Below are positions 48,598 to 61,671 of a stretch of DNA of 64,000 nt, piece after piece (the first letter of the stretch is position 1; every line of letters starts with the position of its first letter). Source of the DNA: Eutreptiella sp. 'Long Island Sound 2002' (Eukaryota; Protista; Euglenida); assembly GCA_964036045.1 (NCBI GenBank), contig OZ038378.1, positions 59,768,001 to 59,832,000 on the forward strand. Reading direction: 5' to 3'. Position numbers and translations under genes: made by a program. A model generated the notes under the pieces. The model had not been told where the DNA came from and ran no database searches. It saw nothing but the letters and a program-made list of their open reading frames with translations.

Positions 48598-49221
48598 CTC
48601 ACCAGAAGTTGATTTTAGGCTATTTGCTCACACCAACACACATATTTGGAGGCTCGAAATGTGCTCGACCAACAGCCCCTGTCCAAGTGCCTACTGCTTC
48701 AGTTTCTTGCAAACCAAGCATTTTTGTAAAGCCCCAACCAGGAGCTCTCACCGAAAGTTGATTTTAGGCTATTTGCTCATAGCAGGCTTGAGACCTAGAG
48801 GCTCGGAATATGCTGGACTATCCGCCCTCGTCCAGGGACCCAACATTTTCAGTTTCTTGCAAACAAGGCATTTTTCGAAAACCCCGACCAGTAGCTCTCA
48901 CCAGAAGTTGATTTTAGGCTATTTGCTCACACCAACACACATATTTGGAGGCTCGAAATGTGCTCGACCAACAGCCCCTGTCCAAGTGCCTACTGCTTCA
49001 GTTTCTTGCAAACCAAGCATTTTTGTAAAGCCCCAACCAGGAGCTCTCACCGAAAGTTGATTTTAGGCTATTTGCTCATAGCAGGCTTGAGACCTAGAGG
49101 CTCGGAATATGCTGGACTATCCGCCCTCGTCCAGGGACCCAACATTTTCAGTTTCTTGCAAACAAGGCATTTTTCGAAAACCCCGACCAGTAGCTCTCAC
49201 CAGAAGTTGATTTTAGGCTAT
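48598..49221. repeat. Exact-looking 299-bp (dimer) tandem duplication within the satellite
   Basis: ctcaccagaag at 48598, 48897 and 49196; near-identical ORF starts at 48659 and 48958. Confidence 0.95.
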
Positions 49222-50516
49222 GTGCCCACACGAACACAGGAATTTGGAGGCTTGAAATGTGCTCGACTATCCGCCCATGTCCAGGGGCCAACTATTTCAT
49301 TTTCCTACAACTAAGGCATTTTGGTAAAGCTCCGACGAGTAGCTCTCCATAGAAGTTGATTTCACGCTATTTGCTCACACCAAGCCTGAGATCTGGAGTC
49401 ACCAAATGTGCTCGACTATCCGCCCTCGTCTAGGGCCCCACTATTTCAGCTTCCCGCAAACAAGGCATTTGTAGAAAGCCCCAAGCAGTAGCTCTCACCA
49501 AACGTTGATTTTAGGCTATTTGCTCACACCAAGCCTGGGATCTGGAGGATCGGAATGTGCTCGACCAACAGCCCCCTGCGAAGGGCCCACTGTTTCAGTT
49601 TCCTGCAAAGCAAGGATTTTTTGAAGCCCCAACTAGTACTTCTTAATGCAACCCTGAGATCTAGAGTCTCGGAATGTGCTCGGCCAGCAGCCCCTGTCCA
49701 AGGGCCCACTGTTTCAGTTTTCCGCAAACCTAGCATTTTCATAAAGCCCCAACCAGTCGCTCTCATTGGAATTTGATTTTAGGCGATTTGCTCACAGCAG
49801 GCTCGAGACCTTGAGGCTCCAAATGTGCTGAACTATCCGCCCCCGCCTAGGGGCCCAGTATTTAGATTTCTTGCAAACTAGGCCTTTTTGGAAAGCCCCG
49901 ACTAGTAGCTCTCACTAGACGTTGATTTTAGGCTATTTGCTCACACCAAGACAGAGATCCGGAGGCTCGAAATTTGCTCGGCTATCCGCCCCTGTCCAGG
50001 GGCCCACTGTTGCAGTTTCAGTTGCAAGTAAGGCATTTTGGTACAACCCCGACCGATAGAACTCACCAAAACTTTATCTTAGAGTTTTTGCTCACACCAG
50101 GCCTCAGATCTGGAGGCCCCAAGTATTGACGACTATCTTCCCGCGTAGAGGGGCCCACCGTTTCCGTTTCTTGCAAACCAGGCATTTTTATAAAGCCACG
50201 ACCAGTAGCGCTCACAAGAACTTGATTTTAGGCCATTTGCTCACAACAGCCACGAGATCCGGAGGCTTCAAATGTGCTCGACTATCCACCCTTGTCCGGG
50301 GGCCCGCTGTTTCAGCTTCACGCAAACCAAGCATTTTTGTAAAGCCCCAGCCAATAGCTCTCACCAGCAGTTGACTTTAGGCGATATGCTCACGCCAAGC
50401 CTGAGATCCGGTGTCTCAAAATGTGCTGGACTATCCGCCTTTGTCCGGGGACCCACTATTTCGGTTTTCTGCAAACTAGGCCTTTTTGTGAAGCCTGAAC
50501 CAGTAGCTCTCACCAA

Positions 50517-53500
50517 AAGTTAATTGTAGGCTATTTGCCCGCACCACCACGGAGATGTGGAGGCTCGAAATGTGCTCGACTATCCGCCCTTGTCCAGGGG
50601 CCCACTCATTTCGTACAAACAAGCCATTTTTTGGAAAGCCCCAACCAGTAGCTCTCACCGGAATTTGATTTTAGGCTATTGGCTCACAGCAGGCCTCAAA
50701 CCTGGAGGCTCTAAATGTGCTCGCCTATTCACCCCCGCCCAGGGGCGCAGTATTTCAGTTTCCTGCATACAAAGCATTTTTGTAAAGCCCCAACCAGTAG
50801 GCCTCACGAGAAGTTGATTTTACGTTATTTGCTCACACCAGCACAGAGATGTCGAGGCTCGAATTGTTCTCGACTATCGGCACTTGTCCAGGGGCCCACT
50901 GTTGCAGTTTCTTACAAGTAAGGCATTTTGGTAAAGCCCCGACCAGTAGCTCTCACCAGAACTTTATCTTAGGTTTTTTGCTGACACCAGCCCAAAGATC
51001 TGAGGCCCCCATCTTGTTGGACCATCCGCCCGTGTACAGGGGCCCACTACTTCCGTTTCTTGCAAACCAGGCATTTTTGTAAAGCCCCGACCAGTAGCGC
51101 TCACCAGAAGTTGATTTCAGGCTATTTGCTCACAGCAGCCACGAGATTTCGAGGCTTCAAATGAGCTCGACTATCCGCCCCTATTTGGCGGTCCAATGTT
51201 TCAGTTTCCTGCAAACTAGGCATTTTTGTAAAGCCCCAACCAGTAGCTGTCACCAGAAGTTGATTTTAGGGTATTTGCTCAAACCAGCAAAGATATTTGG
51301 AGGCCCGAAATGTGCTCCACTATCCGCCCCTGTCCGGGGGCCTCCTATTTCAGTTTGCTGCAAACTAGGCATTTTTGGAAAGCCTTGATGAGTAGCTCTC
51401 ACCAAAAGTTGATTTTAGGCTATTTGCTCTCACCAAGCCTGAGATCTGGAGTCTTGAAATGTGCTCGACTAGCCGCCCTTGTCCGGGTTCCCACTATTTT
51501 AGGTTTTCTGCAAACTAGGCATTTTTGTAAAGCCTCGATCAGTAGCGCTCACCAGAAGTCAATTGTAGGCTATTTGCTCACACCAAGCCTCAAATTAGGA
51601 GGCTCGGAATGTGCTCGACCAACAGCCCCTGTCCCAGGGCCCGCTGTTTCGGTTTCATTCAAACCCAGAATTTTGGTAAAGCCCCAACCAGTAGCTCTCA
51701 CCAAAAGTTGGTTTTCACTATTTGCTCACACCAAGCCTAAGGCCTGGAGCCTCGGAATGTGCTCGACTATCCGCCCCTGTCCAGGGGCCTCGTATTTCAG
51801 TTTCTTGCAAACAAGGCATTTTCAGAAAACCCCGACCAATAGCTCTCACCAGAAGTTGATGTTAGGCTATTTGCCCACCCCAACAAAGACATGTGGAGGT
51901 TGGAAATGTACTCGACTATCCGCCCCTGTCTAGGGGCCAACTATTTCAGTTTTCTGCAAACAAGGCAATTTTGGAAAGGCGCAACCAATAGCTCTCACCA
52001 AAATTTGAATTTAGGCTATTTGCTTACACCAGCACAGAGATCCGGAGGCTTGAAATGTGCGCGACTATCCGCCCCCCTTCAGGGTCCCACTATTTCATTT
52101 TCCTTCAAACTAGGCATTTTTGTAAAGGGCCGACCGGTAGCGCTCACCAGAAGTTGATTTTAGGCCATTTGCTAACGCGAAGCCTGAATTTTGGAGGCTC
52201 AGAAAGTGCTCGACCAACAGCCCCTGTCCAAGGGCCCATTGTTTCAATTTCTTGCAAACCAAGCATTATTGTAAAGCCCCAACCACTAGCTCTCACCGGA
52301 ATCTGATCTTAGGCTATTTGCTCACACCAAGCCTAGAATCTGGAGGCTCGAAATGTGCTCAACTATCCGATCCTGTCGAGGGGCCCACTATTTCAATTTC
52401 CTGCAAACCAAGCATTTTTGTAAAGCCCCAACCATTAGCTTTGACCTGAAGTTTACTTTAGGCTATTTGCTCACACCAAGCCTCAGGTTTGGACGCTCGG
52501 AATGTGCTCGACCAACAGCCCCCGTCCAAGGGCCCACTGTTTCAATTTCATGCAAACCAAGCAGTTTTGTAAATCCCTGACCAATAGCTCTCACCACAAC
52601 TTCATCTTACACTTTTTGCTCACAACAGGGGTGAGATTTGGAGGCCCCCAATATGCTCGACTATCTTCCCGTGTACAGGGGCCCGGTGTTTTTGTTTCTT
52701 GCAAACCAACCCTATTTGTATTGCCGCGACCGGTAGCGCTCACCAGAAGTTAATTGTAGGCTATTTGCCCGCACCACCACGGAGATGTGGAGGCTCGAAA
52801 TGTGCTCGACTATCCGCCCTTGTCCAGGGGCCCACTCATTTCGTACAAACAAGCCATTTTTTGGAAAGCCCCAACCAGTAGCTCTCACCGGAATTTGATT
52901 TTAGGCTATTGGCTCACAGCAGGCCTCAAAACTGGAGGCTCTAAATGTGCTCGCCTATTCACCCCCGCCCAGGGGCGCAGTATTTCAGTTTCCTGCATAC
53001 AAAGCATTTTTGTAAAGCCCCAACCAGTAGGCCTCACGAGAAGTTGATTTTACGTTATTTGCTCACACCAGCACAGAGATGTCGAGGCTCGAATTGTTCT
53101 CGACTATCGGCACTTGTCCAGGGGCCCACTGTTGCAGTTTCTTACAAGTAAGGCATTTTGGTAAAGCCCCGACCAGTAGCTCTCACCAGAACTTTATCTT
53201 AGGTTTTTTGCTGACACCAGCCCAAAGATCTGAGGCCCCCATCTTGTTGGACCATCCGCCCGTGTACAGGGGCCCACTACTTCCGTTTCTTGCAAACCAG
53301 GCATTTTTGTAAAGCCCCGACCAGTAGCGCTCACCAGAAGTTGATTTCAGGCTATTTGCTCACAGCAGCCACGAGATTTCGAGGCTTCAAATGAGCTCGA
53401 CTATCCGCCCCTATTTGGCGGTCCAATGTTTCAGTTTCCTGCAAACTAGGCATTTTTGTAAAGCCCCAACCAGTAGCTGTCACCAGAAGTTGATTTTAGG

Positions 53501-56500
53501 GTATTTGCTCAAACCAGCAAAGATATTTGGAGGCCCGAAATGTGCTCCACTATCCGCCCCTGTCCGGGGGCCTCCTATTTCAGTTTGCTGCAAACTAGGC
53601 ATTTTTGGAAAGCCTTGATGAGTAGCTCTCACCAAAAGTTGATTTTAGGCTATTTGCTCTCACCAAGCCTGAGATCTGGAGTCTTGAAATGTGCTCGACT
53701 AGCCGCCCTTGTCCGGGTTCCCACTATTTTAGGTTTTGTGCAAACTAGGCATTTTTGTAAAGCCTCGATCAGTAGCGCTCACCAGAAGTCAATTGTAGGC
53801 TATTTGCTCACACCAAGCCTCAAATTAGGAGGCTCGGAATGTGCTCGACCAACAGCCCCTGTCCTAGGGCCCGCTGTTTCGGTTTCATTCAAACCCAGAA
53901 TTTTGGTAAAGCCCCAACCAGTAGCTCTCACCAAAAGTTGGTTTTCACTATTTGCTCACACCAGGCCTAAGGCCTGGAGCCTCGGAATGTGCTCGACTAT
54001 CCGCCCCTGTCCAGGGGCCTCGTATTTCAGTTTCTTGCAAACAAGGCATTTTCAGAAAACCCCGACCAATAGCTCTCACCAGAAGTTGATGTTAGGCTAT
54101 TTGCCCACCCCAACAAAGACATGTGGAGGTTGGAAATGTACTCGACTATCCGCCCCTGTCTAGGGGCCAACTATTTCAGTTTTCTGCAAACAAGGCAATT
54201 TTGGAAAGGCGCAACCAATAGCTCTCACCAAAATTTGAATTTAGGCTATTTGCTTACACCAGCACAGAGATCCGGAGGCTTGAAATGTGCGCGACTATCC
54301 GCCCCCCTTCAGGGTCCCACTATTTCATTTTCCTTCAAACTAGGCATTTTTGTAAAGGGCCGACCGGTAGCGCTCACCAGAAGTTGATTTTAGGCCATTT
54401 GCTAACGCGAAGCCTGAATTCTGGAGGCTCAGAAAGTGCTCGACCAACAGCCCCTGTCCAAGGGCCCATTGTTTCAATTTCTTGCAAACCAAGCATTATT
54501 GTAAAGCCCCAACCACTAGCTCTCACCGGAATCTGATCTTAGGCTATTTGCTCACACCAAGCCTAGAATCTGGAGGCTCGAAATGTGCTCAACTATCCGA
54601 TCCTGTCGAGGGGCCCACTATTTCAATTTCCTGCAAACCAAGCATTTTTGTAAAGCCCCAACCATTAGCTTTGACCTGAAGTTTACTTTAGGCTATTTGC
54701 TCACACCAAGCCTCAGGTTTGGACGCTCGGAATGTGCTCGACCAACAGCCCCCGTCCAAGGGCCCACTGCTTCAATTTCCTGCAAACCAAGCAGTTTTGT
54801 AAATCCCTGACCAATAGCTCTCACCACAACTTCATCTTACACTTTTTGCTCACAACAGGGGTGAGATTTGGAGGCCCCCAATATGCTCGACTATCTTCCC
54901 GTGTACAGGGGCCCGGTGTTTTTGTTTCTTGCAAACCAACCCTATTTGTATTGCCGCGACCGGTAGCGCTCACCAGAAGTTAATTGTAGGCTATTTGCCC
55001 GCACCACCACGGAGATGTGGAGGCTCGAAATGTGCTCGACTATCCGCCCTTGTCCAGGGGCCCACTCATTTCGTACAAACAAGCCATTTTTTGGAAAGCC
55101 CCAACCAGTAGCTCTCACCGGAATTTGATTTTAGGCTATTGGCTCACAGCAGGCCTCAAAACTGGAGGCTCTAAATGTGCTCGCCTATTCACCCCCGCCC
55201 AGGGGCGCAGTATTTCAGTTTCCTGCATACAAAGCATTTTTGTAAAGCCCCAACCAGTAGGCCTCACGAGAAGTTGATTTTACGTTATTTGCTCACACCA
55301 GCACAGAGATGTCGAGGCTCGAATTGTTCTCGACTATCGGCACTTGTCCAGGGGCCCACTGTTGCAGTTTCTTACAAGTAAGGCATTTTGGTAAAGCCCC
55401 GACCAGTAGCTCTCACCAGAACTTTATCTTAGGTTTTTTGCTGACACCAGCCCAAAGATCTGAGGCCCCCATCTTGTTGGACCATCCGCCCGTGTACAGG
55501 GGCCCACTACTTCCGTTTCTTGCAAACCAGGCATTTTTGTAAAGCCCCGACCAGTAGCGCTCACCAGAAGTTGATTTCAGGCTATTTGCTCACAGCAGCC
55601 ACGAGATTTCGAGGCTTCAAATGAGCTCGACTATCCGCCCCTATTTGGCGGTCCAATGTTTCAGTTTCCTGCAAACTAGGCATTTTTGTAAAGCCCCAAC
55701 CAGTAGCTGTCACCAGAAGTTGATTTTAGGGTATTTGCTCAAACCAGCAAAGATATTTGGAGGCCCGAAATGTGCTCCACTATCCGCCCCTGTCCGGGGG
55801 CCTCCTATTTCAGTTTGCTGCAAACTAGGCATTTTTGGAAAGCCTTGATGAGTAGCTCTCACCAAAAGTTGATTTTAGGGTATTTGCTCTCACCAAGCCT
55901 GAGATCTGGAGTCTTGAAATGTGCTCGACTAGCCGCCCTTGTCCGGGTTCCCACTATTTTAGGTTTTCTGCAAACTAGGCATTTTTGTAAAGCCTCGATC
56001 AGTAGCGCTCACCAGAAGTCAATTGTAGGCTATTTGCTCACACCAAGCCTCAAATTAGGAGGCTCGGAATGTGCTCGACCAACAGCCCCTGTCCCAGGGC
56101 CCGCTGTTTCGGTTTCATTCAAACCCAGAATTTTGGTAAAGCCCCAACCAGTAGCTCTCACCAAAAGTTGGTTTTCACTATTTGCTCACACCAGGCCTAA
56201 GGCCTGGAGCCTCGGAATGTGCTCGACTATCCGCCCCTGTCCAGGGGCCTCGTATTTCAGTTTCTTGCAAACAAGGCATTTTCAGAAAACCCCGACCAAT
56301 AGCTCTCACCAGAAGTTGATGTTAGGCTATTTGCCCACCCCAACAAAGACATGTGGAGGTTGGAAATGTACTCGACTATCCGCCCCTGTCTAGGGGCCAA
56401 CTATTTCAGTTTTCTGCAAACAAGGCAATTTTGGAAAGGCGCAACCAATAGCTCTCACCAAAATTTGAGTTTAGGCTATTTGCTTACACCAGCACAGAGA

Positions 56501-59500
56501 TCCGGAGGCTTGAAATGTGCGCGACTATCCGCCCCCCTTCAGGGTCCCACTATTTCATTTTCCTTCAAACTAGGCATTTTTGTAAAGGGCCGACCGGTAG
56601 CGCTCACCAGAAGTTGATTTTAGGCCATTTGCTAACGCGAAGCCTGAATTCTGGAGGCTCAGAAAGTGCTCGACCAACAGCCCCTGTCCAAGGGCCCATT
56701 GTTTCAATTTCTTGCAAACCAAGCATTATTGTAAAGCCCCAACCACTAGCTCTCACCGGAATCTGATCTTAGGCTATTTGCTCACACCAAGCCTAGAATC
56801 TGGAGGCTCGAAATGTGCTCAACTATCCGATCCTGTCGAGGGGCCCACTATTTCAATTTCCTGCAAACCAAGCATTTTTGTAAAGCCCCAACCATTAGCT
56901 TTGACCTGAAGTTTACTTTAGGCTATTTGCTCACACCAAGCCTCAGGTTTGGACGCTCGGAATGTGCTCGACCAACAGCCCCCGTCCAAGGGCCCACTGC
57001 TTCAATTTCCTGCAAACCAAGCAGTTTTGTAAATCCCTGACCAATAGCTCTCACCACAACTTCATCTTACACTTTTTGCTCACAACAGGGGTGAGATTTG
57101 GAGGCCCCCAATATGCTCCACTATCTTCCCGTGTACAGGGGCCCGGTGTTTTTGTTTCTTGCAAACCAACCCTATTTGTATTGCCGCGACCGGTAGCGCT
57201 CACCAGAAGTTAATTGTAGGCTATTTGCCCGCACCACCACGGAGATGTGGAGGCTCGAAAGGTGCTCGACTATCCGCCCTTGTCCAGGGGCCCACTCATT
57301 TCGTACAAACAAGCCATTTTTTGGAAAGCCCCAACCAGTAGCTCTCACCGGAATTTGATTTTAGGCTATTGGCTCACAGCAGGCCTCAAACCTGGAGGTT
57401 CTAAATGTGCTCGCCTATTCACCCCCGCCCAGGGGCGCAGTATTTCAGTTTCCTGCATACAAAGCATTTTTGTAAAGCCCCAACCAGTAGGCCTCACGAG
57501 AAGTTGATTTTACGTTATTTGCTCACACCAGCACAGAGATGTCGAGGCTCGAATTGTTCGCGACTATCGGCACTTGTCCAGGGGCCCACTGTTGCAGTTT
57601 CTTACAAGTAAGGCATTTTGGTAAAGCCCCGACCAGTAGCTCTCACCAGAACTTTATCTTAGGTTTTTTGCTGACACCAGCCCAAAGATCTGAGGCCCCC
57701 ATCTTGTTGGACCATCCGCCCGTGTACAGGGGCCCACTACTTCCGTTTCTTGCAAACCAGGCATTTTTGTAAAGCCCCGACCAGTAGCGCTCACCAGAAG
57801 TTGATTTCAGGCTATTTGCTCACAGCAGCCACGAGATTTTGAGGCTTCAAATGAGCTCGACTATCCGCCCCTATTTGGCGGTCCAATGTTTCAGTTTCCT
57901 GCAAACTAGGCATTTTTGTAAAGCCCCAACCAGTAGCTGTCACCAGAAGTTGATTTTAGGGTATTTGCTCAAACCAGCAAAGATATTTGGAGGCCCGAAA
58001 TGTGCTCCACTATCCGCCCCTGTCCGGGGGCCTCCTATTTCAGTTTGCTGCAAACTAGGCATTTTTGGAAAGCCTTGATGAGTAGCTCTCACCAAAAGTT
58101 GATTTTAGGCTATTTGCTCTCACCAAGCCTGAGATCTGGAGTCTTGAAATGTGCTCGACTAGCCGCCCTTGTCCGGGTTCCCACTATTTTAGGTTTTCTG
58201 CAAACTAGGCATTTTTGTAAAGCCTCGATCAGTAGCGCTCACCAGAAGTCAATTGTAGGCTATTTGCTCACACCAAGCCTCAAATTAGGAGGCTCGGAAT
58301 GTGCTCGACCAACAGCCCCTGTCCCAGGGCCCGCTGTTTCGGTTTCATTCAAACCCAGAATTTTGGTAAAGCCCCAACCAGTAGCTCTCACCAAAAGTTG
58401 GTTTTCACTATTTGCTCACACCAGGCCTAAGGCCTGGAGCCTCGGAATGTGCTCGACTATCCGCCCCCGTCCAGGGGCCTCGTATTTCAGTTTCTTGCAA
58501 ACAAGGCATTTTCAGAAAACCCCGACCAATAGCTCTCACCAGAAGTTGATGTTAGGCTATTTGCCCACCCCAACAAAGACATGTGGAGGTTGGAAATGTA
58601 CTCGACTATCCGCCCCTGTCTAGGGGCCAACTATTTCAGTTTTCTGCAAACAAGGCAATTTTGGAAAGGCGCAACCAATAGCTCTCACCAAAATTTGAAT
58701 TTAGGCTATTTGCTTACACCAGCACAGAGATCCGGAGGCTTGAAATGTGCGCGACTATCCGCCCCCCTTCAGGGTCCCACTATTTCATTTTCCTTCAAAC
58801 TAGGCATTTTTGTAAAGGGCCGACCGGTAGCGCTCACCAGAAGTTGATTTTAGGCCATTTGCTAACGCGAAGCCTGAATTCTGGAGGCTCAGAAAGTGCT
58901 CGACCAACAGCCCCTGTCCAAGGGCCCATTGTTTCAATTTCTTGCAAACCAAGCATTATTGTAAAGCCCCAACCACTAGCTCTCACCGGAATCTGATCTT
59001 AGGCTATTTGCTCACACCAAGCCTAGAATCTGGAGGCTCGAAATGTGCTCAACTATCCGATCCTGTCGAGGGGCCCACTATTTCAATTTCCTGCAAACCA
59101 AGCATTTTTGTAAAGCCCCAACCATTAGCTTTGACCTGAAGTTTACTTTAGGCTATTTGCTCACACCAAGCCTCAGGTTTGGACGCTCGGAATGTGCTCG
59201 ACCAACAGCCCCCGTCCAAGGGCCCACTGCTTCAATTTCCTGCAAACCAAGCAGTTTTGTAAATCCCTGACCAATAGCTCTCACCACAACTTCATCTTAC
59301 ACTTTTTGCTCACAACAGGGGTGAGATTTGGAGGCCCCCAATATGCTCGACTATCTTCCCGTGTACAGGGGCCCGGTGTTTTTGTTTCTTGCAAACCAAC
59401 CCTATTTGTATTGCCGCGACCGGTAGCGCTCACCAGAAGTTAATTGTAGGCTATTTGCCCGCACCACCACGGAGATGTGGAGGCTCGAAATGTGCTCGAC

Positions 59501-61671
59501 TATCCGCCCTTGTCCAGGGGCCCACTCATTTCGTACAAACAAGCCATTTTTTGGAAAGCCCCAACCAGTAGCTCTCACCGGAATTTGATTTTAGGCTATT
59601 GGCTCACAGCAGGCCTCAAACCTGGAGGCTCTAAATGTGCTCGCCTATTCACCCCCGCCCAGGGGCGCAGTATTTCAGTTTCCTGCATACAAAGCATTTT
59701 TGTAAAGCCCCAACCAGTAGGCCTCACGAGAAGTTGATTTTACGTTATTTGCTCACACCAGCACAGAGATGTCGAGGCTCGAATTGTTCTCGACTATCGG
59801 CACTTGTCCAGGGGCCCACTGTTGCAGTTTCTTACAAGTAAGGCATTTTGGTAAAGCCCCGACCAGTAGCTCTCACCAGAACTTTATCTTAGGTTTTTTG
59901 CTGACACCAGCCCAAAGATCTGAGGCCCCCATCTTGTTGGACCATCCGCCCGTGTACAGGGGCCCACTACTTCCGTTTCTTGCAAACCAGGCATTTTTGT
60001 AAAGCCCCGACCAGTAGCGCTCACCAGAAGTTGATTTCAGGCTATTTGCTCACAGCAGCCACGAGATTTCGAGGCTTCAAATGAGCTCGACTATCCGCCC
60101 CTATTTGGCGGTCCAATGTTTCAGTTTCCTGCAAACTAGGCATTTTTGTAAAGCCCCAACCAGTAGCTGTCACCAGAAGTTGATTTTAGGGTATTTGCTC
60201 AAACCAGCAAAGATATTTGGAGGCCCTAAATGTGCTCCACTATCCGCCCCTGTCCGGGGGCCTCCTATTTCAGTTTGCTGCAAACTAGGCATTTTTGGAA
60301 AGCCTTGATGAGTAGCTCTCACCAAAAGTTGATTTTAGGCTATTTGCTCTCACCAAGCCTGAGATCTGGAGTCTTGAAATGTGCTCGACTAGCCGCCCTT
60401 GTCCGGGTTCCCACTATTTTAGGTTTTCTGCAAACTAGGTATTTTTGTAAAGCCTCGATCAGTAGCGCTCACCAGAAGTCAATTGTAGGCTATTTGCTCA
60501 CACCAAGCCTCAAATTAGGAGGCTCGGAATGTGCTCGACCAACAGCCCCTGTCCCAGGGCCCGCTGTTTCGGTTTCATTCAAACCCAGAATTTTGGTAAA
60601 GCCCCAACCAGTAGCTCTCACCAAAAGTTGGTTTTCACTATTTGCTCACACCAGGCCTAAGGCCTGGAGCCTCGGAATGTGCTCGACTATCCGCCCCCGT
60701 CCAGGGGCCTCGTATTTCAGTTTCTTGCAAACAAGGCATTTTCAGAAAACCCCGACCAATAGCTCTCACCAGAAGTTGATGTTAGGCTTTTTGCCCACCC
60801 CAACAAAGACATGTGGAGGTTGGAAATGTACTCGACTATCCGCCCCTGTCTAGGGGCCAACTATTTCAGTTTTCTGCAAACCAGGCAATTTTGGAAAGGC
60901 GCAACCAATAGCTCTCACCAAAATTTGAATTTAGGCTATTTGCTTACACCAGCACAGAGATCCGGAGGCTTGAAATGTGCGCGACTATCCGCCCCCCTTC
61001 AGGGTCCCACTATTTCATTTTCCTTCAAACTAGGCATTTTTGTAAAGGGCCGACCGGTAGCGCTCACCAGAAGTTGATTTTAGGCCATTTGCTAACGCGA
61101 AGCCTGAATTCTGGAGGCTCAGAAAGTGCTCGACCAACAGCCCCTGTCCAAGGGCCCATTGTTTCAATTTCTTGCAAACCAAGCATTATTGTAAAGCCCC
61201 AACCACTAGCTCTCACCGGAATCTGATCTTAGGCTATTTGCTCACACCAAGCCTAGAATCTGGAGGCTCGAAATGTGCTCAACTATCCGATCCTGTCGAG
61301 GGGCCCACTATTTCAATTTCCTGCAAACCAAGCATTTTTGTAAAGCCCCAACCATTAGCTTTGACCTGAAGTTTACTTTAGGCTATTTGCTCACACCAAG
61401 CCTCAGGTTTGGACGCTCGGAATGTGCTCGACCAACAGCCCCCGTCCAAGGGCCCACTGCTTCAATTTCCTGCAAACCAAGCAGTTTTGTAAATCCCTGA
61501 CCAATAGCTCTCACCACAACTTCATCTTACACTTTTTGCTCACAACAGGGGTGAGATTTGGAGGCCCCCAATATGCTCGACTATCTTCCCGTGTACAGGG
61601 GCCCGGTGTTTTTGTTTCTTGCAAACCAACCCTATTTGTATTGCCGCGACCGGTAGCGCTCACCAGAAGTT
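50517..61671. repeat. Homogeneous higher-order repeat: 5 x 2,230 bp (15 monomers each)
   Basis: The ORF track repeats at exact 2,230 intervals (50557, 52787, 55017, 57247, 59477). Identity begins at aagttaattgtagg (50517) and ends at caccagaagtt (61671). Confidence 0.98.
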
